Positions 58,120 to 64,000 of a stretch of 64,000 nt of DNA are shown piece by piece. A model generated the notes under the pieces. That model was not told the DNA's origin and ran no database searches. It saw nothing but the letters and a program-made list of their open reading frames with translations. Within the stretch, counting starts at the first letter, position 1. Each line of letters starts with the position of its first letter. The translations under genes and the position numbers were made by a program. Source of the DNA: Patescibacteria group bacterium (GTDB lineage Bacteria; Patescibacteriota; Minisyncoccia; Phycocordibacterales; EsbW-18); NCBI GenBank assembly GCA_038063815.1, contig JBBTUJ010000002.1, forward strand, positions 6,511 through 70,510, written 5' to 3'.

Positions 58120-60816
58120 ATGTCAAAGCAAAGAAAACGAATACAAAATGACAAAGAAAATGACCTTTTGATCGTCAAGGGAGCGCGGACGCATAACTTG
58201 AAGAACATCACTGTGGAGATGCCCCGCAACGCGATGGTTGTGATCACCGGTCTTTCTGGTTCAGGCAAATCATCCCTGGCATTCGATACTATTTTTGCTG
58301 AAGGACAACGTCGCTATGTCGAATCGCTCTCTGCATATGCGCGGCAGTTCATAAGCCAGATGCCAAAGCCAGACGTTGATGAGATCATCGGTCTTTCGCC
58401 TGCAATCTCGATCGACCAGAAATCACGCTCCAACAATCCTCGTTCAACCGTTGCAACAATCACCGAGATCTACGACTACCTCCGTATTCTCTACGCTCGC
58501 ATCGGTACCCCGCACTGTCTCATGTGTGGTGAACCAATAACGCGTCTCACAACAGAGGAGATCCAAGGATTTATCATGGGCAAAGTGAAGGCGGCGAGCA
58601 AACACCTGAAGCCCGGGAAAGATAAAAATCTTTCTGAAGCGGTTAAGGATGCACGGGACACAAAAGAAACGCTCGAGATCTATGCGCCCGTTGTCCGCGG
58701 CCGAAAGGGCGAATACTACCAACTTCTCTACGACGCTCTCGGAAAGGGATTCTCAGAGGTCCTTGTTGATGGCGAGAGAAAGATGCTCCGCGAGCAAATC
58801 ATTCTTGAAAAAAACAAAAAACACGACATCGATATCCTCGCTGACAGGATCTTTTTAAGTGAGTTCATTGATAGCCCTGATAGCGCAAAGGAGCGCCTCC
58901 GTGAAGCGGTTGAACGTTCTCTCCACGAAGCACATGGGCTTGTTCGTATCGTCATTCCCAAGACAGACATATTTGTCAAAAAAGGAACAAATGAGATCGG
59001 TGTTGTGATGTCAGCAAAATTCTCATGTCCCAATGACGGATATTCGTATCCTGAGATTGAGCCACGCCTCTTTTCATTCAACAGCCCGTACGGTGCGTGT
59101 CCGGAGTGCAACGGTTTGGGAACGCGGCACTTTTTTGGTGGCGAGGCATGTCATTTGTGTAAAGGTGCACGATTGCGCCAGGAGGCACTGAACGTCCGTC
59201 TTGGTGGAAAGAATAAAAAGGGAGGTATGAACGTTGTTGAACTTACGGCACTTTCAGTTGACGATGCGCGGAAGTTCTTCGACGACCTCACGCTCACGCC
59301 AAAAGAAAAAGAGATATCAAATGTTATCGTGCGTGAGATTGGCGAGCGTCTTACGTTCATGCAGAACGTCGGCATCGGGTATCTCACGCTTGATCGTCGT
59401 GCTCATACGCTCTCAGGTGGGGAAGCGCAGCGCATCCGTCTTGCGTCTCAACTCGGGTCCGGCCTCGTTGGGGCACTCTATGTTCTTGATGAACCGACAA
59501 TCGGACTCCACGCCCGCGATAACGAGCGTCTCGTTAAAACACTCCTGAACCTCCGTGATCTTGGAAATACCATCATTGTTGTTGAGCACGACGAAGACAC
59601 CATATTCTCATCCGACTATATCGTTGATATCGGGCCGGGAGCAGGTGTGCACGGTGGACATGTCGTTGTGTCGGGATATCTCGATGAGCTCCTCACGGCT
59701 CCGAAGAATACATCAAAGTCACTTACGCTTTCGTATCTGCGTGGAGAAAACCAAATCCCTCTTCCCGAACAACGTCGCACAAGCGATAAAGGGTCAATAA
59801 AGATTCGCGGCGGGAATGCGTTCAATGTGAAGAACCTGAATGTGGACATTCCCCTTGGAAAGAACATCGTCGTGACGGGCGTTTCAGGGTCTGGAAAATC
59901 GACATTTATGTATGAGATTCTCTACAAAAATCTCCAGGCGCGATTCGAAAAAAGGTATCGTTCAGCACAAACCTTTAATGTCGGATCGATTACGGGCCTT
60001 GAATATCTTTCTCGAGCGATTCTCATAGACCAATCCCCGATCGGACGTACATCGCGTTCGAACCCTGCAACATACACGGGCGCATTCACGCACATCCGTG
60101 ATATGTTCGCCGCAACGGCCGAAGCACGGGCGCGCGGTTGGAAGGCAAATCGATTCTCATTCAACGTTAAAGGTGGACGATGTGAGGCGTGCGAAGGAAA
60201 AGGAGAGATCGCCGTTGAGATGCATTTCTTGCCGACGGTCTATGTCACGTGTGATGTGTGTCACGGAAAACGTTTTATGCGCGAGACACTTGAGGTCGAA
60301 TACAAAGGGAAAGATATCCATCAGGTTCTTTCAATGACGGTTGAAGAATCACTCGCATTTTTTGAAGACATTCCGGCAATTTCAGATCGACTCAAAACAC
60401 TGAACGATGTGGGGCTCGGATATTTGCAATTGGGGCAATCAGCAACAACGCTCTCAGGTGGGGAAGCACAACGCGTGAAGATCTCGTCGGAACTGTACCG
60501 CCCACATCTCCAAAAAACAATCTATCTCCTCGACGAGCCGACCATTGGACTCCACTACGAAGATGTACGGAAGTTGATTGAAATTCTCGAGACATTGGTT
60601 GCGAAGGGAAGTACGGTTATTTTAATTGAGCACAACATGGATATCATCAAAAACGCTGACCACATCATTGATATCGGACCCGAAGGGGGTGTTCTTGGTG
60701 GAAAAGTCGTTGCGACAGGAACACCTGAAGAGATCGCAGAAACAGACACGCATACCGGTTTTTACCTCCGCAAGGCACTCAAAAATAGCAAGAAAAAACA
60801 GAAGGGAGCATACTAG
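58120..60816 (+). CDS. uvrA: Excinuclease ABC subunit A
   Basis: Two ABC modules ([18 protein letters not shown], two LSGGE signatures) and Zn-finger Cys clusters. Start set at MSKQRKR. Confidence 0.95.
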   Translation: MSKQRKRIQNDKENDLLIVKGARTHNLKNITVEMPRNAMVVITGLSGSGKSSLAFDTIFAEGQRRYVESLSAYARQFISQMPKPDVDEIIGLSPAISIDQKSRSNNPRSTVATITEIYDYLRILYARIGTPHCLMCGEPITRLTTEEIQGFIMGKVKAASKHLKPGKDKNLSEAVKDARDTKETLEIYAPVVRGRKGEYYQLLYDALGKGFSEVLVDGERKMLREQIILEKNKKHDIDILADRIFLSEFIDSPDSAKERLREAVERSLHEAHGLVRIVIPKTDIFVKKGTNEIGVVMSAKFSCPNDGYSYPEIEPRLFSFNSPYGACPECNGLGTRHFFGGEACHLCKGARLRQEALNVRLGGKNKKGGMNVVELTALSVDDARKFFDDLTLTPKEKEISNVIVREIGERLTFMQNVGIGYLTLDRRAHTLSGGEAQRIRLASQLGSGLVGALYVLDEPTIGLHARDNERLVKTLLNLRDLGNTIIVVEHDEDTIFSSDYIVDIGPGAGVHGGHVVVSGYLDELLTAPKNTSKSLTLSYLRGENQIPLPEQRRTSDKGSIKIRGGNAFNVKNLNVDIPLGKNIVVTGVSGSGKSTFMYEILYKNLQARFEKRYRSAQTFNVGSITGLEYLSRAILIDQSPIGRTSRSNPATYTGAFTHIRDMFAATAEARARGWKANRFSFNVKGGRCEACEGKGEIAVEMHFLPTVYVTCDVCHGKRFMRETLEVEYKGKDIHQVLSMTVEESLAFFEDIPAISDRLKTLNDVGLGYLQLGQSATTLSGGEAQRVKISSELYRPHLQKTIYLLDEPTIGLHYEDVRKLIEILETLVAKGSTVILIEHNMDIIKNADHIIDIGPEGGVLGGKVVATGTPEEIAETDTHTGFYLRKALKNSKKKQKGAY

Positions 60817-60836
60817 AGACAAATTAGTACAGAACC

Positions 60837-61766
60837 ATGCGTTCTCCCTCTGATAATCCATTCCTTGCAAATAAGTCCGCTCTTCGAAAAGAGGCGGAAG
60901 ATGATACGCGTCTTGCGCGCGAACGACAGCGTGCGGAAGAAGACACGCGCAAACGTCAACGCAAAACGGTTCTTCAGGCAGAGCTGACACATCTCAAGGG
61001 CGACCTTACTCGAAAAGAGAGGGAAAAAGATGTGCTTCTTCGTGAAAAAAACACACACCTGCATACACAGGATCGTTTGCGTGCGACCGTTCGTGTGCCA
61101 ACCGCGGGGACTCATGAACAATCTGAAAAAGAGCGAGCGGTTAAAACGCTACAAGCGGAACTTGACCGAATCCATCATGAAAAAGATGCACTGACCCGTG
61201 AAGAGGGCTCCCTTGATCGAGTTTTGAGAGATTTTGCAAATAAACAAGACACCTCCTCTTCACATGCTGTTTCTCACGGAGACCTCGACCTCAAGGATGC
61301 AGAACAGGCGGTTGCAACACTTGAAAAAGAATTAAAAGAACTCGAGAGGGAGCACTTAGCAAAAGAGCATGAACTCTCTCTTGCGCGTGCGACTCTCGCG
61401 CGCGCAACACGCGAGGAAGAATCAGCACTACGTCATGAAAAAGAAGGTGAAAAGTCGCAACATCTTGAAGAGGGAAAAGAAAAGCGAACACAAGTCGCGC
61501 GAGAACAACTTGCGCACGCCCTTATACGCCTTGCGGGAGAAGAGCGGGTACTCCTTGAAAAAATTGCAGCGGCAAAAAGAGAAGTGGAAGAATATGCACG
61601 TACGCTCAAAGACGCAGAGCGAACAAAGAGCAAGGCAACAGAAGAAGAACGGCACGAATCAATTGTTCTTGGGCAGGAAGAACGAAAGGAAGAGATACTT
61701 ACACGAGAAATCACTGATATAAAAAATAGAATCGCTGAGATCGAGAGAGAAGTGAGATCTCTATAA
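60837..61766 (+). CDS. Hypothetical E/R/K-rich coiled-coil protein
   Basis: Continuous heptad-like charged sequence. No domain recognised. Confidence 0.5.
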   Translation: MRSPSDNPFLANKSALRKEAEDDTRLARERQRAEEDTRKRQRKTVLQAELTHLKGDLTRKEREKDVLLREKNTHLHTQDRLRATVRVPTAGTHEQSEKERAVKTLQAELDRIHHEKDALTREEGSLDRVLRDFANKQDTSSSHAVSHGDLDLKDAEQAVATLEKELKELEREHLAKEHELSLARATLARATREEESALRHEKEGEKSQHLEEGKEKRTQVAREQLAHALIRLAGEERVLLEKIAAAKREVEEYARTLKDAERTKSKATEEERHESIVLGQEERKEEILTREITDIKNRIAEIEREVRSL

Positions 61767-61817
61767 TTGGTAACGCCGCCCCGAAGCTACGGGGCGGCGC
61801 AAAACCGCGAGACGGAC

Positions 61818-62006
61818 TCAGCCCTTCAAGATGCCCGCCTCGCGCCACCGCCGGAGCGTGCGTTGGTCGGGAGTGAGTTCACCCCTGTACAGCACTTCCT
61901 GCTTGGTGGTGGGGCTCTTGGGAAGCTGTCGGTATGCCCCATTGATCGCCTGCAGCGTCTTGTCGAGTTCGGTGTCGACGATTGGCTCTCCCGTAGCGGC
62001 CATCGC
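61818..62006 (-). CDS. Hypothetical 62-aa protein in a GC-rich insert (C-terminus HTH-like: TPDQRTLRRWREAGIL)
   Basis: AAGGAGAG SD 6 nt upstream of the ATG. GC3-rich codons. Confidence 0.35.
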   Translation of the reverse strand, partial: AMAATGEPIVDTELDKTLQAINGAYRQLPKSPTTKQEVLYRGELTPDQRTLRRWREAGILKG

Positions 62007-62081
62007 CCTCTCCTTCGCAAGATTCATCGTCCACCTCGCTTGGTTGGTCCTGCATCTGCAAATCATGTTAAAATATTTTCA

Positions 62082-63320
62082 ATGCTCCGTCAAGATTTCG
62101 ATAAAATAAAACTACCCGACACGCCGGGCGTGTACTTGTTTCGGCAGGGTCGCGATGTTTTGTACATCGGGAAGGCAACCTCACTTGCAGACCGCGTGAA
62201 GAGTTACTTTGCTCCTGACCTTATCCTTACCCGCGGACAAAGGCTTGTGAAGATGCTCGCAGAGGCATCGCGTGTTACGTTTGAAGAAACAGACTCTGTT
62301 CTTGAGGCGCTTATACGCGAAGCGGCGCTTATTAAGAAGTATCAGCCGGTTTACAACTCGCGTGAAAAAGATGACAAAAGTTTTAATTACGTTGTTATCA
62401 CAAAAGAAGAATATCCACGTGTCTTTACGATGCGCGAGAGAGAGCTACTCACGATCAAAAAAACATCATTTGAGGCAATGTACGGTCCTTTTCCGAATGG
62501 AGGGCAACTCCGCGATGCTTTGAAGATCATACGAAAAATATTCCCGTATCGTGGAAAAACAGATGCTCCACTTGCGACGGCAAAACGTCGCGCGTCACGC
62601 TTATATGAAGAAATCGGTCTTGCTCCAAAAAGTAAGGCGATTCTTGCCGATGCGGGACTCTACAAAAAGACAATCCGAAACGTGAAATTATTTTTCGAAG
62701 GAAAAAAGAAAGCACTTTTAAAAACTCTCGAAAAAGATATGCGCGCGTATGCTCGCGCGCACGAATTCGAAAAAGCGGCGGAAATAAAACGACAACTCTT
62801 TGCGCTTCAACACATAAACGATATCGCGCTCATCAAAAGAGGAACAAAAAACAATGAACAAGGAACAAAGGAAGAACGAATCGAGGGGTATGATGTCGCG
62901 CACACAAGCGGTGCGCACGCAGTCGGAGTTATGACGGTTGTGTATGGAAGTGAGCCAGCACGATCGGACTATCGGATGTTCAATATCAAAGGTCTCGGGG
63001 AGAAAGGCAGGATTGTGGACGATACGAAGGCCTTGTCTGAAATCCTCGATCGTCGGTTCGGACACCCCGAATGGCCTCTACCACGTTGTATCGTCGTAGA
63101 CGGCTCTACGGCACAAAAACGAGCCGCTGAGAGGGTTTTATTGCGTTTGGGACTCCTTATCCCTGTGGTGGCTGTCGTCAAAGACGAGCGACACCGACCG
63201 CAACGTTTGCTCGGAGATGCTCGTCTCACTCACACCCACGCCTCGGCTATCATTACTGTGAACGCAGAGGCACACAGGTTTGCACTTTCGTTTCATCGCA
63301 AAAAGAGGCGGTTCGCGTAA
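62082..63320 (+). CDS. uvrC: Excinuclease ABC subunit C, short form (GIY-YIG + UVR + RNase H-like; no C-terminal HhH)
   Basis: GVYLFRQGRDVLYIGKA (GIY-YIG), UVR helix-hairpin AAEIKRQLFALQ, EGYDVAHTSG. Start set at the ATG at 62082. Confidence 0.8.
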   Translation: MLRQDFDKIKLPDTPGVYLFRQGRDVLYIGKATSLADRVKSYFAPDLILTRGQRLVKMLAEASRVTFEETDSVLEALIREAALIKKYQPVYNSREKDDKSFNYVVITKEEYPRVFTMRERELLTIKKTSFEAMYGPFPNGGQLRDALKIIRKIFPYRGKTDAPLATAKRRASRLYEEIGLAPKSKAILADAGLYKKTIRNVKLFFEGKKKALLKTLEKDMRAYARAHEFEKAAEIKRQLFALQHINDIALIKRGTKNNEQGTKEERIEGYDVAHTSGAHAVGVMTVVYGSEPARSDYRMFNIKGLGEKGRIVDDTKALSEILDRRFGHPEWPLPRCIVVDGSTAQKRAAERVLLRLGLLIPVVAVVKDERHRPQRLLGDARLTHTHASAIITVNAEAHRFALSFHRKKRRFA

Positions 63321-63343
63321 GCTTTTTACGATATACTATTCTT

Positions 63344-64000
63344 ATGCAAAAACTTCGAGTTGGCGTTCTTCGCGGCGGACCATCAAGCGAATACGAGGTC
63401 TCTCTGAAAAGTGGCGCGTCGGTTCTCAAAAATCTCTCACAGGAAAAATATATTCCCGTTGATATCTTTATTGATAGGGAAGGAGAGTGGCACATAGGAG
63501 GAACTCCTATCACGGGGCGCAATCTTCACGGAAGCGTCGATGTGGTTTTTAATGCTCTTCATGGCGAATATGGAGAGGATGGTACCGTGCAACAACTACT
63601 TGATGCTCTTTCAATTCCATACACGGGCTCGGGTACGCTCGCCTCTGCTCTCGGAATGCATAAGAAAAAAGCAAAAGATATTTTCGAACGAGAAGGACTG
63701 AGAACACCGCATGCCGTTGCTGTTGACGTCTCGGTTCACACTGCGGACAATCTTAAAGAAATATTTCGAACTGTACCGCATCCGGTTATGGTAAAACCCA
63801 TTGCGTCAGGGTCCTCTGTTGGTGTTTCTATTGCGAGTTCGTATGACGAATTGTTTCGAGCTGTTGCGACGGCAAGCGATACCTCGCCTCACGTGCTTAT
63901 CGAGGCACGCATTCAAGGAAGAGAGGCAAGTGTTCCTGTGTGCGATGATTTTCGAGGAGAAGAATATTATGCGTTTCCCCCTATTGAAATCATCCCACCC
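63344..64000 (+). CDS. ddl: D-alanine--D-alanine ligase, 5-prime part; continues beyond the window
   Basis: VGVLRGGPSSEYEVSLKSG N-domain and ATP-grasp central domain. No stop before the window end. Confidence 0.85.
   Translation, partial: MQKLRVGVLRGGPSSEYEVSLKSGASVLKNLSQEKYIPVDIFIDREGEWHIGGTPITGRNLHGSVDVVFNALHGEYGEDGTVQQLLDALSIPYTGSGTLASALGMHKKKAKDIFEREGLRTPHAVAVDVSVHTADNLKEIFRTVPHPVMVKPIASGSSVGVSIASSYDELFRAVATASDTSPHVLIEARIQGREASVPVCDDFRGEEYYAFPPIEIIPP

Overview
This 64-kb window of ~48% GC has small, densely packed genes and looks like a reduced-genome bacterium. Assigning it to the Patescibacteria (Candidate Phyla Radiation) is an inference; the sequence itself does not establish this. 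Most of the window is housekeeping: rarA, RNase J, secG, groES-groEL, lemA/htpX, miaA, parB, a short Rel/SpoT, topA-dprA, serS, a dihydrouridine synthase, dnaX, a P-type ATPase, msrA, a MacAB-like efflux trio, two two-component systems, NDH-2, a uvrB/uvrA/uvrC cluster and ddl. I found three tRNAs (Ser-GGA, Leu-CAA, Gln-TTG) and no rRNA, CRISPR array or transposase. The parts that deserve a second look are these. (1) Two paralogous SET-domain proteins bracket a multi-TM sensor histidine kinase, with a receiver-only regulator and a TMEM175-type channel alongside. (2) A 537-bp single-gene cassette sits between tRNA-Gln and an interrupted direct repeat of that tRNA's 3-prime end, followed by HD-phosphohydrolase and methyltransferase genes. 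(3) Seven GC-rich (~60%) intergenic inserts recur across the window, several carrying one small ORF behind a strong Shine-Dalgarno, including ones wedged between topA/dprA and uvrB/uvrA/uvrC. (4) A terminator-bounded ~220-nt unit after groEL holds either a 45-aa ORF or an sRNA. (5) A tandem pair of M14 carboxypeptidases with a VanY-type peptidase and an AT-rich hydrolase forms a cell-wall cluster. (6) Several perfect palindromes and duplicated leader motifs have no obvious consensus match. Functional calls rest on motif recognition from the translated ORFs, not on any database search.
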